Assembly: GCA_051961815.1 (NCBI GenBank)
Contig: JBQCCX010000068.1
Location: 1 to 45,386, forward strand
Reading direction: 5' to 3'
DNA: 45,386 nucleotides
From: Xanthobacteraceae bacterium
Lineage (GTDB): Bacteria > Pseudomonadota > Alphaproteobacteria > Rhizobiales > Xanthobacteraceae
The notes under the pieces are model-generated. The model had not been told where the DNA came from and searched no databases. It saw nothing but the letters and a program-made list of their open reading frames with translations. Position numbers and translations under genes: made by a program. Position 1 is the stretch's first letter. Every line of letters begins with the position of its first letter. Shown here piece after piece: positions 15,736 through 25,475 of this stretch.

Positions 15736-16776
15736 TCATTTTGCGGCGCGCGGCGCCGACCGAAACCGTTGGCCTGCGTGAGCCAGCCACGGGCCGAGAG
15801 TACCGACGACGCCCCGCGGCATGACGTACATGAAGAGCAGCAGCGTTAATCCATAGATCGCCCAGGGCGCAGCATCGGAAATGTCATTGGCGAGATTCGG
15901 CACGAACTCGATGAAAAACCCGCCGATGATCGCACCGCCGATCGTGGCGATGCCGCCGACCGCAGAGCCTATCAGGAACGACAGCGACAGGAACAGGGTG
16001 AAGCTCTCCGGCGCGACGAAGCCGATCACAATGGCGGCAAGCGCTCCGGCGACCCCGGTGAACAATGTGCTGGCGCCAAATGCCAAGGTCTTGTAGCGCG
16101 CGGTGTTGATGCCCATGGCAGCGGCCGCGATGGGGTGATCGCGGATGGCGACAAACGCCCGCCCGGTGCGGCCATTGAGCAGATTTGCGGCGACCCGGAT
16201 CGCCAGCAAAAGAACCACCAGAACAAGCAGATAAAGCCAGCGATCGCGGTCGATGCCGAGCCCCGGCGGCGGCATCGGCTTGACCAGAACGAGCCCCTGC
16301 TTGCCGCCGGTCCAGGCATCGAAATATTTCAGCAATTGCGGCATCGCGACCGCCATCGCCAAGGTGACAAGCGCAAGGTACGGCCCCTCGAAGCGCAGCG
16401 CCGGCAAGCCGAACAGCACGCCAAGCGCAAAACAGACCAAAGCCGCCGGAAGGAGCGTCGCCCAATAGGGCACGCCGTAGCGATGCATAAGAATGGCCGC
16501 GGTGTAGGCGCCGGCGGCAAAGAAGCCGCCATGACCGAGCGAGATCTGTCCGTTATAGCCGGTGAGAATGTTAAGCCCGAGCACGGCGATGGCGTAGATC
16601 ATCACCTGTGTCAGCTGGAACACTTGGTAATTGCTCAACTTGAAAGGCAGCACCACCGCAACCGCGATCAATGCGGCAATGCCGGCCCATCGCCACACCG
16701 GGATGCCGGTTGCGCCCTCGCGCTCGATCGCGAGTTTGCCAGTGCGGTCAACGGACACGGTTTCAGCCATGGTCAC
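15736..16776 (-). CDS. HAAT-family ABC transporter permease, LivM-type
   Basis: ...VLGLNILTGYNGQISLGHGGFFAAGAYTAAIL... hallmark. Polytopic. It overlaps the upstream LivH-type gene by 4 nt. Confidence 0.9.
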   Translation of the reverse strand: MTMAETVSVDRTGKLAIEREGATGIPVWRWAGIAALIAVAVVLPFKLSNYQVFQLTQVMIYAIAVLGLNILTGYNGQISLGHGGFFAAGAYTAAILMHRYGVPYWATLLPAALVCFALGVLFGLPALRFEGPYLALVTLAMAVAMPQLLKYFDAWTGGKQGLVLVKPMPPPGLGIDRDRWLYLLVLVVLLLAIRVAANLLNGRTGRAFVAIRDHPIAAAAMGINTARYKTLAFGASTLFTGVAGALAAIVIGFVAPESFTLFLSLSFLIGSAVGGIATIGGAIIGGFFIEFVPNLANDISDAAPWAIYGLTLLLFMYVMPRGVVGTLGPWLAHAGQRFRSAPRAAK

Positions 16777-17642
16777 ACCCGCCGCACCACCGCCGTGCCA
16801 AACAAACCGTTCGGCCGGAACACCAGGACAACGATGATCAAGATGAGGGCCACGGTCAGTTTAAGCTGGCTGGCGATCAGATAAGTTCCCACCAGGTTCT
16901 CGGTCACGCCGACGATCAACCCGCCGACCACCGCGCCGACCGGACTGGTGATGCCGCCAAGGAGCGCGCCGGTAAAGGCGTAGAGCAGCACGCCGCCCAT
17001 CATATTCGGGTCGAGAAACAAAACCGGTGCGACCATGATGCCGGCCACCGCGCCGATCGCCGCCGCAAAACCCCAGCCGAGCGCCAGCATGCGGCCGACG
17101 CGGATGCCGCTGAGCCGGGCCGATTGCGGGTTTTGCGCGGCGGCGCGCATGGCAAGCCCGGTGGTGGTGAAGCGGAAAAAGCAGAATAGCGCGACCAGCA
17201 TCACCAGCGTCACGGCGATCACCCCAACATCGCGGGTCGTCATCAACGCGCCGAACAAGGTGCGATCCGGGAACGGGCTGGGAAACTCCTGCAAGGTGTA
17301 GCTGTAAATCCAGCCCGCGGTAGCGTTGAAGATCAGAAGAAGACCGATGGTGACCACCACGGCGGTCAGGATCGGCGCATTTTCGACTGGCCGGATGACG
17401 ACGCGCTCGATGAGCATGCCGCCGACAAACGACACCACAAGCGTGATCACGAACGCGGCCCAGAACGGCAGTCCGGCATTGACCAGCGTCCAGGCGATAT
17501 AGGTGGAGAACATCGCCATCTCGCCTTGGGCGAAGTTCACGAGGTCGGTCGCGCGATAAATCATCACCAGCGCCAGCGCGAGACTTGCATAGACGGCGCC
17601 GGCCGCCAGTCCTGAAAATATTTGTTGCAAAAGCTGATGCAT
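16773..17642 (-). CDS. HAAT-family ABC transporter permease, LivH-type
   Basis: MHQLLQQIFSGLAAGAVYASLALALVMIYRATDLVNFAQGEMAMF...ALILIIVVLVFRPNGLFG. Confidence 0.9.
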   Translation of the reverse strand: MHQLLQQIFSGLAAGAVYASLALALVMIYRATDLVNFAQGEMAMFSTYIAWTLVNAGLPFWAAFVITLVVSFVGGMLIERVVIRPVENAPILTAVVVTIGLLLIFNATAGWIYSYTLQEFPSPFPDRTLFGALMTTRDVGVIAVTLVMLVALFCFFRFTTTGLAMRAAAQNPQSARLSGIRVGRMLALGWGFAAAIGAVAGIMVAPVLFLDPNMMGGVLLYAFTGALLGGITSPVGAVVGGLIVGVTENLVGTYLIASQLKLTVALILIIVVLVFRPNGLFGTAVVRRV

Positions 17643-17651
17643 CGGCGCCCG

Positions 17652-18359
17652 TCAATATCCGAGATAGGAGCGGCGAATCTGCGGGTCGTCCGCCAGCGCT
17701 TTGGCGCTGCCGGAGGTCACGACATAACCGGTTTCCAGAAGGTAGGCGCGATCCGCCATTTCCAGCGCCAAGCTTGCATTCTGCTCGACCAACAGCACGC
17801 TGACCCGCTGCTCGCGCCTGATCCGCTCAACAATTCCAAAAATTGCTTCGACGACCCGCGGCGCCAGCCCGAACGATGGTTCATCGAGCACCAGGAGGCG
17901 CGGCGACATCATCAAGGCGCGGGCAATGGCCAGCATCTGCTGCTCGCCGCCGGATAGCGCACCGGCTTGCTGGCCGCGCCGCTGCGCCAGGATGGGAAAA
18001 TACCCATACATGAGCTGCATTTTTTCGTCCGGACGGCCCGCGGCGGTGTAGCCACCGATGCGCAGGTTTTCCTCAACCGTCAGCGCGGTGAACGTGCCGC
18101 GCCCCTCCGGCACATGGGCGACGCCGAAGCTTGCGATCTGCTCGGTCGAGCAGCGTTCCAGGCGGCGGCCGTCGAACACGATCTCGCCTTCGCTGCGCAC
18201 CATGCCGCAGATCGCACGCAGCGTGGTGGTCTTGCCGGCGCCGTTGGCGCCAAGAAGAACCGTCATCCCGGCTTCGTCCACGCCCAGATCGATGCCATGC
18301 AGGACTTCGGATTGGCCGTAAAAGGCCTTGACCGCGCGCAATTGCAGAACAGGCGCCAT
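17652..18359 (-). CDS. HAAT-family ABC transporter ATP-binding protein, LivF-type
   Basis: Walker A GANGAGKTT, signature LSGGEQQMLAIARAL, Walker B LLVLDEPSFGLAP. 235 aa. Confidence 0.9.
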   Translation of the reverse strand: MAPVLQLRAVKAFYGQSEVLHGIDLGVDEAGMTVLLGANGAGKTTTLRAICGMVRSEGEIVFDGRRLERCSTEQIASFGVAHVPEGRGTFTALTVEENLRIGGYTAAGRPDEKMQLMYGYFPILAQRRGQQAGALSGGEQQMLAIARALMMSPRLLVLDEPSFGLAPRVVEAIFGIVERIRREQRVSVLLVEQNASLALEMADRAYLLETGYVVTSGSAKALADDPQIRRSYLGY

Positions 18360-19171
18360 CAGTGCCGCGTCCCCAGATAGGCTTCCGCCACTGCGGGATT
18401 ACCGCGCACCTCTGCCGGCGTGCCGTCGGCGATGACGCGGCCGAAATTAAGCACAACGACTTGGTCGGACAGGCTCATCACCAGGCCCATGTGATGTTCG
18501 ACCAGGAGGATGGTGATCGCGAGCTGATCGCGGACCGAACGAATGAGCGCGCCAAGTTCGCCGACTTCCTCGTGATTGAGTCCGCCGGCCGGCTCGTCGA
18601 GCAGTAGCAGCGATGGCCGCGCCGCCAGCGCGCGGGCGAGCTCGACGCGCTTGCGCGCCGCGAAAGTAAGATTCGCCACCGGACGCGCCGCGTCGCGCTC
18701 CAGGCCGACGAAGGCCAGCATCGCGCGCGCGGTCTCCTCGAAGGTACGCTCGTCGCGGCGCGCCGAAGGCAGTGTCAGCGACTCGACCAACGCGCCGTTG
18801 CGGCCGCGGGCGTGACCGCCGACCTTGACATTGTCGAGAACCGTCATCGAGGCAAACAAAGCGGGAGCCTGGAAGGTGCGGCCGATGCCAATCGCGGCGA
18901 TGTCGGACGCCGCACAGCGGCGCAGCGATCTGCCGTTCAAGCGGATGTCGCCGCCCGCCGGCCGGTAAAGCCGGCTCAGGCAATTGAACAAAGTGGTTTT
19001 GCCGGCGCCGTTCGGGCCAATGAGCCCGGCGATCCGGCCTTGGCTCACGGTGAAGCTGACGTTTTCGAGCGCAACGATGCCGCCGAAACGCATCGTCAGT
19101 TGCGCGATTTCCAGTAGCGGCGCGGCCGGGCTGGCCGTGGTTTGCGGCATCGGCGGCGGGGCCATGGTCAT
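18359..19171 (-). CDS. HAAT-family ABC transporter ATP-binding protein, LivG-type
   Basis: Walker A GPNGAGKTT, Walker B LLLLDEPAGGLN, C-terminal ...EVRGNPAVAEAYLG. The exact start is uncertain (no clear SD before 19171). Confidence 0.9.
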   Translation of the reverse strand: MTMAPPPMPQTTASPAAPLLEIAQLTMRFGGIVALENVSFTVSQGRIAGLIGPNGAGKTTLFNCLSRLYRPAGGDIRLNGRSLRRCAASDIAAIGIGRTFQAPALFASMTVLDNVKVGGHARGRNGALVESLTLPSARRDERTFEETARAMLAFVGLERDAARPVANLTFAARKRVELARALAARPSLLLLDEPAGGLNHEEVGELGALIRSVRDQLAITILLVEHHMGLVMSLSDQVVVLNFGRVIADGTPAEVRGNPAVAEAYLGTRH

Positions 19172-19546
19172 GCCGGTCGAGCCGCCATCGCTAGGTGTCC
19201 TCCTCGGGCCCGGCCGTCATTCTTGGTATTTCATCGGCTGGCCGCCGTGGCAGGGCACCAAAACGTGACACGGCGCGAACGCTTACGTCAACGCAACCGA
19301 ACCGATAATTCGCGAGGCCGATTTGGAATATTTGTCGCAAGGCGGGGTTCGAGCCGCTTGCCCCGGCGGCAATTCAAAACCTTAGGCCGCGGCGGTGGCC
19401 GGATCGATCATCTTATCGATCCGGCGCATCGGCGAATCATCGCCTCGTCTTTGGCAAGATGCATGCAGAACGTCTTATTATCGGCAACATAACTCTCGGC
19501 CGATTCAACGCGGTTGAGTGCCGCAACATGTCGCAGCTGGCGTAGG

Positions 19547-20638
19547 TCAGATCGCGGCTTCGGAATTGGTATCGAAGAAATGCAGCCGGTCCGGCCGCAG
19601 CGCGAAGCGCAATTTGTCGCCGCGTTTGGCGCGGACATTGGGTTCGACTGACGCGACCATGGTCTGTCCGCCGACCTGCAGATCGAGCAGGCTCTCCGCG
19701 CCCAATCGCTCGACGACCTCGACCAAGGCCTCGAAACACAGTCCCGGCGGATCGCTGCCGTTGGCGAGCTCCAGATCCTCCGGCCGAACGCCAAGGATCA
19801 CATCGCGGTCCGCATAAGGCGCAAGGCGCGCACCGATCTCGGCTGGCACGTCGATCGCAAGGCCAGCATTGCCGGCGCGCAATCCGCCGGAGCCGTTGGT
19901 CACCTGAACCGCGGCAAAATTCATCGCCGGCGACCCGATGAAGCCGGCAACAAAACGGTTGACTGGCGTATTGTACAGTTCGAGCGGCTCGCCGACCTGC
20001 TGTACCAGGCCGCCGCGCATCACCACCACGCGATCGCCGAGCGTCATCGCCTCCACCTGGTCATGGGTGACATAGACGGCGGTGGTGTTGAGACGGTTGT
20101 GCAGCTTCTTGAGCTCCACGCGCATCTGCACGCGCAGCTTGGCGTCGAGATTCGACAGCGGCTCGTCGAACAGAAACACTTGCGGATGACGCACGATGGC
20201 GCGGCCGAGCGCCACGCGCTGCCGTTGCCCGCCGGACAGCTGCCGCGGCTTGCGGGCGAGATAATCGCGAATACCGAGGATATCAGCGGCCTCGTAGACG
20301 CGCTTTCTGATCTCGCCGCGGTCGACCTTCCGCATTTTCAGGCCGAAGGCCATGTTGTCGTAAACGCTCATGTGCGGATAGAGCGCGTAATTCTGGAACA
20401 CCATGGCGATGTCGCGGTCCATCGGCGCCAAGTCGTTGACCACGGTATCGCCGATCAGCACCTGACCCGAACTGATCGATTCCAGGCCTGCGACCATGCG
20501 CAGCGTCGTGGTCTTGCCGCAGCCCGACGGGCCGACCAGAACCACGAATTCCTTGTCGCGGATCTCGAGGTTGACGTCTTTGACGGCGTGAACGTCGTCG
20601 TAGAACTTGTTGAGGTCGCGGATCAGAACGCGCGCCAT
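19547..20638 (-). CDS. Sugar ABC transporter ATP-binding protein (MalK/UgpC-type, with C-terminal regulatory/TOBE-like domain)
   Basis: Walker A GPSGCGKTT, signature LSGGQRQRVALGRA, Walker B FLFDEPLSNLDA, and ...FVAGFIGSPAMNF.... Confidence 0.9.
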   Translation of the reverse strand: MARVLIRDLNKFYDDVHAVKDVNLEIRDKEFVVLVGPSGCGKTTTLRMVAGLESISSGQVLIGDTVVNDLAPMDRDIAMVFQNYALYPHMSVYDNMAFGLKMRKVDRGEIRKRVYEAADILGIRDYLARKPRQLSGGQRQRVALGRAIVRHPQVFLFDEPLSNLDAKLRVQMRVELKKLHNRLNTTAVYVTHDQVEAMTLGDRVVVMRGGLVQQVGEPLELYNTPVNRFVAGFIGSPAMNFAAVQVTNGSGGLRAGNAGLAIDVPAEIGARLAPYADRDVILGVRPEDLELANGSDPPGLCFEALVEVVERLGAESLLDLQVGGQTMVASVEPNVRAKRGDKLRFALRPDRLHFFDTNSEAAI

Positions 20639-20642
20639 GGCC

Positions 20643-21494
20643 TCATCCCTTTACCGAGCCGGTAAGGCCGGCAACATAATGTTCGACGAAGAACGAGTAG
20701 ATGAAGGCCACCGGAATCGAGCCAAGCAGCGCGCCCGCCATCAATTGCCCCCAATAGAACACGTCGCCGCGCACAAGCTCGGACGTGACCCCGACCGAAA
20801 CGGTTTTCTGCTCCGCCGAAGAGAGAAACACCAGCGCGTAGATGAATTCGTTCCACGACAGCGTGAACGCGAAGATTCCAGCCGACAAGATTCCGGGAAC
20901 GGCGATCGGGATGATGATATAGACCATCGCCTTCCAGCGCGTGGCGCCGTCGATTCGGGCGCATTCTTCGAGCTCGCGCGGAATCGCCTTGAAATAGCCC
21001 ATCAACAGCCAGGTGCAGAACGGAATAAGAAAGGTCGGATAGGTCAGGACCAGCGCCCACGGCGTGTCGCCCAGCTGAAAATTGCGAATGATGTCCGCAA
21101 GCGGAATGAACAGCAGCGTCTGCGGCACGAGGTAGGTGATGAAGATGCCGGTGCCGAGACTGCCGGCGAAAGGAAACTTCAGGCGCGACAGCGCGTAGCC
21201 GGCGAAGACACCGCAGAACAGCGAGATCACCGTCGAAAGGATGGCGATGAACAGCGTGTTGAGCATCCACCGCGTGAACAGCGTTTCGGTCAATAGGTCG
21301 ATGATGTGGACGAGGGTCGGATGCGCGGTCCAGAACGGTGTGTAATTAGGCGCCATCCACGGCCGGTACAGTTCGCGATCCGGCCGGACCGATGTCACCA
21401 GCATCCAGTAGAACGGGAACAACAACCAGAAAATGAACCCGCCGAGCGGAATATAGAAGTAAATCCAACGGCGCCATTTTGCCCCTTCAATCAT
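20643..21494 (-). CDS. Carbohydrate ABC transporter permease (CUT1, MalG/UgpE-like)
   Basis: 283-aa polytopic protein with the EAA-type loop ...ELEECARIDGATRWKAMVYIIIP.... Confidence 0.85.
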   Translation of the reverse strand: MIEGAKWRRWIYFYIPLGGFIFWLLFPFYWMLVTSVRPDRELYRPWMAPNYTPFWTAHPTLVHIIDLLTETLFTRWMLNTLFIAILSTVISLFCGVFAGYALSRLKFPFAGSLGTGIFITYLVPQTLLFIPLADIIRNFQLGDTPWALVLTYPTFLIPFCTWLLMGYFKAIPRELEECARIDGATRWKAMVYIIIPIAVPGILSAGIFAFTLSWNEFIYALVFLSSAEQKTVSVGVTSELVRGDVFYWGQLMAGALLGSIPVAFIYSFFVEHYVAGLTGSVKG

Positions 21495-21497
21495 CGC

Positions 21498-22439
21498 TCA
21501 GTGCACCTCGACCCGGCGGATGTAGAGAAGCTGCACCACCACGACGATGAGCAGGAACGGGAACATGGCGAGAGAGACTGCGGCGCCCTCGCTCAGAAGC
21601 CCGGTGCCGACGCCGATCTGATAGGCATAGGTCGCGAACAGCTGGGTGGCGTTGGCCGGGCCGCCGCCAGTCAGGACGTAAACGAGCTGAAAATCGGCGA
21701 ATGTCTGGATCACCGAGAACAGCACGACCACCATCGTCACCGGCAGGAGCAGTGGCCAGGTCACGTGCCAGAAGCGCTGCCATGGGCGCGCGCCGTCGAT
21801 CGCCGCAGCCTCCTGGAGTTCGGGATTGATGGTCTGCAACCCGGCCAAAAGGCTGATCGCAAAAAATGGCACGCCGCGCCAGACATTGACGATGATGACC
21901 GAAATCAACGCCAGATCCGGATCGCCAAGCCAGTTGATCCGCCCGTGAATAAGGCCGAGCTGAAACAGCGTCCAGTTGATGACGCTGAAGGTCGGATCGA
22001 ACATCCACTTCCAGGCGAACGTCGAAAGCACCGTCGGAATGATGAATGGCAACAGAATAAAGGCGCGGGTGAAAGCCTTGCCCTTGAAGTGCCGGTTGAG
22101 CAGCAGCGCCAACCACAAGCCCAATGCGAGCTTGAACACGGTGGCGACCGCCGTATAGACGAAAGTATTCCAAACCGCGGTACGGAAGATGCTGTCGTTC
22201 CAGAGCGCGATGAAATTCTGCACGCCGACGAAACGGCCGGGCACGCCGACCTTGGTGTCGGTCACCGACAGCAAGACGCCTTGCACGAACGGATAGGCGA
22301 TGAACAGCGCAAGCAGCACGACCGTCGGCACCAGCAGCGCCACTGCCAGCCAGCGTTCGTCCTCAAGGAGCCGCGTGGCGAGCCCGCGCCGTGGCGCCTG
22401 GGCGAAGGCTCGCTGACCGACGGCTTCGCTTATTGCCAT
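21498..22439 (-). CDS. Carbohydrate ABC transporter permease (CUT1, MalF/UgpA-like)
   Basis: 313-aa polytopic protein with the loop ...ELQEAAAIDGARPWQRFWHVTWPLL.... Confidence 0.85.
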   Translation of the reverse strand: MAISEAVGQRAFAQAPRRGLATRLLEDERWLAVALLVPTVVLLALFIAYPFVQGVLLSVTDTKVGVPGRFVGVQNFIALWNDSIFRTAVWNTFVYTAVATVFKLALGLWLALLLNRHFKGKAFTRAFILLPFIIPTVLSTFAWKWMFDPTFSVINWTLFQLGLIHGRINWLGDPDLALISVIIVNVWRGVPFFAISLLAGLQTINPELQEAAAIDGARPWQRFWHVTWPLLLPVTMVVVLFSVIQTFADFQLVYVLTGGGPANATQLFATYAYQIGVGTGLLSEGAAVSLAMFPFLLIVVVVQLLYIRRVEVH

Positions 22440-22457
22440 TGCCTGTTTCCTCTCCGG

Positions 22458-22628
22458 CTAGTGGAGCGGATTTGACATTCGCTGCCCACCTGGCCGCGAA
22501 CTCGTAAAAGCGAATGTCAAATCCAAAGCTCCACTAGGACTTAATATTAGCTAGTGGTCCTTTTGATTCTAACATTCGCATGAGAGCCTGCCGAACCCGC
22601 ATGCGAATGTTAGAACCGGACCACTGGG
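22458..22628 (+). repeat. ~170-bp double long-hairpin element, copy A (hp1 22460-22483/22509-22535; hp2 22553-22582/22600-22625)
   Basis: Read directly: agtggagcggatttgacattcgct...agcgaatgtcaaatccaaagctccact, then agtggtccttttgattctaacattcgcatg...catgcgaatgttagaaccggaccact. All four arms share the core ACATTCGC/GCGAATGT. It is collinear with copy B at 24100..24268. Confidence 0.85.
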
Positions 22629-22709
22629 CGCCGGCCACGCCGTCCCGGCTGCAAGCGCGGGCGGCGTGGCTACGGCGTTCCGAACTCAGATAGTCCATCG
22701 CGCGGCAAG

Positions 22710-24032
22710 TCAGACGTAAATTTTCTGCAACTCGCCGGTCGCCCATTTCACAGCTTCCTCGGCCGGCATGCCCTGGACTGCTTTGGCATACATGTCGACG
22801 ATGACGTACTTGCTCAGGACCTCGCCGGCCTTGCGATCGGCCGCACCGGCAAAGCCCGGGAACTGTCCGGAGCGGCCGGCCTTCTGGAACGGCAGCATAA
22901 CCGGATCCTTCTGCCAGAGCGGATCTTGTTCCCAGATCGTGGTTGGGCCAGCCGAATAGCCGCCCTGGGAATCGAACCAGGCCTGGTAGACCGGCTTGGA
23001 CGAAATCCAGGCAAGGAAATCCTTGGCCGGCTTTTGCTGCTTGGAATAGCCCATCAGCATATTCGTCATCGGCAACTGATACGAGAACTGACCGGCCGGA
23101 CCCTTGGGCAGTTCGCCATGCAGGATGTCCTGCCACAGCGGCGTACCTTTTTCGGTTTGGTATTTGTCGGCGTCGCGCTTGGCCAAAAGATAAATCGAGG
23201 CGCCGTTGAGCGTCGATGAAATCGTGCCGGCGAGGAAAGCGCGATTGTTGCTGGAATCATCCCAGGCGAGGCCGCCTTCGTCGCAGGCATCCTTCCAGAA
23301 CGCAGTCCAGAACTTGACCGACTCGACGGTCTCCTTGCTGTTGAGCGCGACCTTGCCGTCCTTGTCGACCTCCTTGCCGCCCCAAGACCATAAATACGGA
23401 TAGAAGAAAGTCGGCGGATCGCCGAAGCTGTGGCCCATCGCCTGGCCAAGGGGTTGCCCTTTGGCCTTGAGCTTCTTGCCGGCGTCGCGGTATTCGTCCC
23501 AAGTCTGCGGAAATTTGGTGAGCCCGACCGCCTCGAACCAGGATTTCCGATAGGAATTCTCGTTGCCGAGGATGCACCAGGGGACGCCGAGCCATTTCTT
23601 GCCGTTGTTGGCAACCGCGATGGACTCCTTGTAGAAGCCGCCCTGATCCTTGCCGAGTTTCTCGGCGATGTCGTCCACCGGGGCCACGCTATCGGCATAG
23701 AGCTGCGGCCAGTTGTTGAGCGCGCAGATCACATCGGGCCCGGTGCCCGACTGGATGGCGGCCGTCGTGCGCGCCTGGATGTCATTGCCGTTGATCATTT
23801 CGATGTTGAGCGTGATGCCGAGATCCTTGGCGGCCGCCGGCACAATTTGCTCGCGCAGAACTTTGTCCGAGTTGGGAACGAAATCGTTCCAGCGCAGCCA
23901 GGCCACCGTCGTGCCCTGGGCGTAGGCCGGCGCCCGGCCGCTGGCCAGGATCGCGGCGATCCCTCCGGTCTTTGCCGCAAGCGCGCCGGCACCCGAAAGC
24001 TTGAGCAGCTTGCGCCGATGAATTCGAGCCAT
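22710..24032 (-). CDS. Extracellular solute-binding protein family 1 (sugar ABC transporter SBP), Tat-type signal
   Basis: MARIHRRKLLKLSGAGALAA...AYAQ (twin-Arg signal). The ~400-aa body is typical of CUT1 SBPs. It lies directly upstream of the two permeases and the MalK-like ATPase. Confidence 0.85.
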   Translation of the reverse strand: MARIHRRKLLKLSGAGALAAKTGGIAAILASGRAPAYAQGTTVAWLRWNDFVPNSDKVLREQIVPAAAKDLGITLNIEMINGNDIQARTTAAIQSGTGPDVICALNNWPQLYADSVAPVDDIAEKLGKDQGGFYKESIAVANNGKKWLGVPWCILGNENSYRKSWFEAVGLTKFPQTWDEYRDAGKKLKAKGQPLGQAMGHSFGDPPTFFYPYLWSWGGKEVDKDGKVALNSKETVESVKFWTAFWKDACDEGGLAWDDSSNNRAFLAGTISSTLNGASIYLLAKRDADKYQTEKGTPLWQDILHGELPKGPAGQFSYQLPMTNMLMGYSKQQKPAKDFLAWISSKPVYQAWFDSQGGYSAGPTTIWEQDPLWQKDPVMLPFQKAGRSGQFPGFAGAADRKAGEVLSKYVIVDMYAKAVQGMPAEEAVKWATGELQKIYV

Positions 24033-24099
24033 TGGAGTCCTCCCTTAGGTGATTATCGAGCTTTCTTTTCAGTCCAATCTTTAGCACGTTTTATGGGCA

Positions 24100-24268
24100 C
24101 TAGTGGAGCGGATTTTACATTCGCTAACCCCCCGGAAGCGACCTCGTGAGCGAATGTCAAATCCAAGGCTCCACTAAGACTGATATCCACGATGTGGTCC
24201 TTTGATTCCAACATTCGCATGAGAGCCTGCCCAACGCGGATGCGAGTGTTCGAATCGGACCACTGGGT
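24100..24268 (+). repeat. ~170-bp double long-hairpin element, copy B
   Basis: actagtggagcggattttacattcgct...gagcgaatgtcaaatccaaggctccactaag...gtggtcctttgattccaacattcgcatgagagcctgcc...gatgcgagtgttcgaatcggaccactggg. Same order and orientation as copy A, with scattered substitutions. Confidence 0.85.
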
Positions 24269-24425
24269 CGAGGACCACGGCCATTTGAATGCGGAATTGC
24301 CGACCCGGCGCGATGGCGCGATGCCGCAGGGAGCGCGGCCGGAACGGCTGTCACGGCGCGTCTTTGGGCCACGATCAAGACTATGTTTGCCGTCTGGAAA
24401 ACCATTCGGCAGCCCCGCGGCGGCT

Positions 24426-25475
24426 TTAAGACCGCACAAAAACGCCTTTGCCGCTGCTCTGGCGGTCAAACAGCCGGTAGGCGTCCTCGGCCTCGGACAA
24501 CTGCCAGCGGTGGGTGAACAGGTGGTCGACCGCGATTTTTCGATCGGCGACGAAGCTTGCACATTCCGCCTGACCGATTTTCGAGAACGTCCACGAGCCG
24601 ACGATCGTGAGCTGTTTACGCAGCACATCGCGGCTGACATCGAGGACAACATCGCCGCCCTCCCCGACCAGGCATACCGTGCCCCAGGCTCGGGTCGCGC
24701 GCACCGCAGTCAGCCTACCGGCCCCGGTGCCGGATGTGTCCAGCGTCAAATCGGCGCCCGCCCCATGGGTGAGCGTCTTGATGGCAAGAACCGCATCGTC
24801 GGCCTTGGGATCGACCACCGCGTCGGCGCCGAACTCCTTGGCGCGGACGAGCCGTTCCGCGTTGACGTCCAGCGCAATCACCCGCGCGCCCATCGCCGCG
24901 GCAAGCTGCGTCGCCGACAGCCCGACGGGGCCCTGCCCGACAATGGCGATGGTATGAGCGCCGCCGACATTCATTCGTCGCAGCGCGCCATAAGCGGTGC
25001 CGGTGCCGCAGGACACCGCGGCTCCGGTCGTAAAAGTCAATTCCTCGGGCAGCGGCACCAGGGTGTGCGCCGGAACCTTCATGTAGTCGGCGTGCGCACC
25101 GTGCGCAGTGACGCCATAGACGGTGGTGCCGGCAACGCACATCTGCGACCAGCCGCTGCGGCAATGCTGGCACGACCCGCAGCCGCTGTAATGGTGAACC
25201 ATGACGCGCGCGCCGACCTGCGCGGCGCGCTCGTCGACCTTGCTCCCCACCGCAGCGACGACGCCGCACGGCTCGTGACCGGCAATCACCGGACCCTCGA
25301 GCTTGCCGAGGCCGAGCGCCGCGGTTTCGCCGCCAGCCGCGCGATAAAATTTAAGATCGCTGCCGCACATGCCGGACGCCTTGATTTCGACGACGACGTC
25401 GTGCGGCCCCGGGGTCGGATCGGGACATTCGAGGACCTGCAGTTTTCGTTCGCCAAGAAAACTCACGCCACGCAT
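24426..25475 (-). CDS. Zn-dependent medium-chain alcohol/polyol dehydrogenase
   Basis: I prefer the ATG at 25475 (MRGVSFLGERKLQVLECPDP...); the track ORF runs to 25712. Catalytic Zn motif GMCGSDLKFY...AGHEPCGVV. The structural Zn Cys cluster is CGSCQHCRSGWSQMC. Rossmann motif IVGQGPVGL. Confidence 0.85.
   Translation of the reverse strand: MRGVSFLGERKLQVLECPDPTPGPHDVVVEIKASGMCGSDLKFYRAAGGETAALGLGKLEGPVIAGHEPCGVVAAVGSKVDERAAQVGARVMVHHYSGCGSCQHCRSGWSQMCVAGTTVYGVTAHGAHADYMKVPAHTLVPLPEELTFTTGAAVSCGTGTAYGALRRMNVGGAHTIAIVGQGPVGLSATQLAAAMGARVIALDVNAERLVRAKEFGADAVVDPKADDAVLAIKTLTHGAGADLTLDTSGTGAGRLTAVRATRAWGTVCLVGEGGDVVLDVSRDVLRKQLTIVGSWTFSKIGQAECASFVADRKIAVDHLFTHRWQLSEAEDAYRLFDRQSSGKGVFVRS

Noticed and set aside
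13876-15849. 657-aa + strand ORF spanning the copD 3' end, an intergenic repeat and the antisense of the LivJ/LivM-type genes
   Set aside because: It crosses a REP element and an obvious intergenic region. It is antisense to two well-supported genes, and the translation is low-complexity (R/A/G/H-rich). It is a shadow ORF.
19172-19546. 375-bp gap between the MalK-like gene and the LivG-type gene; examined for a small gene, riboswitch or sRNA
   Set aside because: Only short ORFs with no SD or motif are present (for example MHLAKDEAMIRRCAGSIR). I saw no convincing conserved-looking structure. It most likely holds the terminator and promoter region between two operons. It cannot be assessed further without covariation or expression data.
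22534-24652. ORFs 22534-23136 (-) and 24053-24652 (-), sharing the peptide '...QALMRMLESK...'
   Set aside because: The shared peptide is simply the translation of the two copies of the double-hairpin repeat. The rest of each ORF is out-of-frame overlap with real genes.
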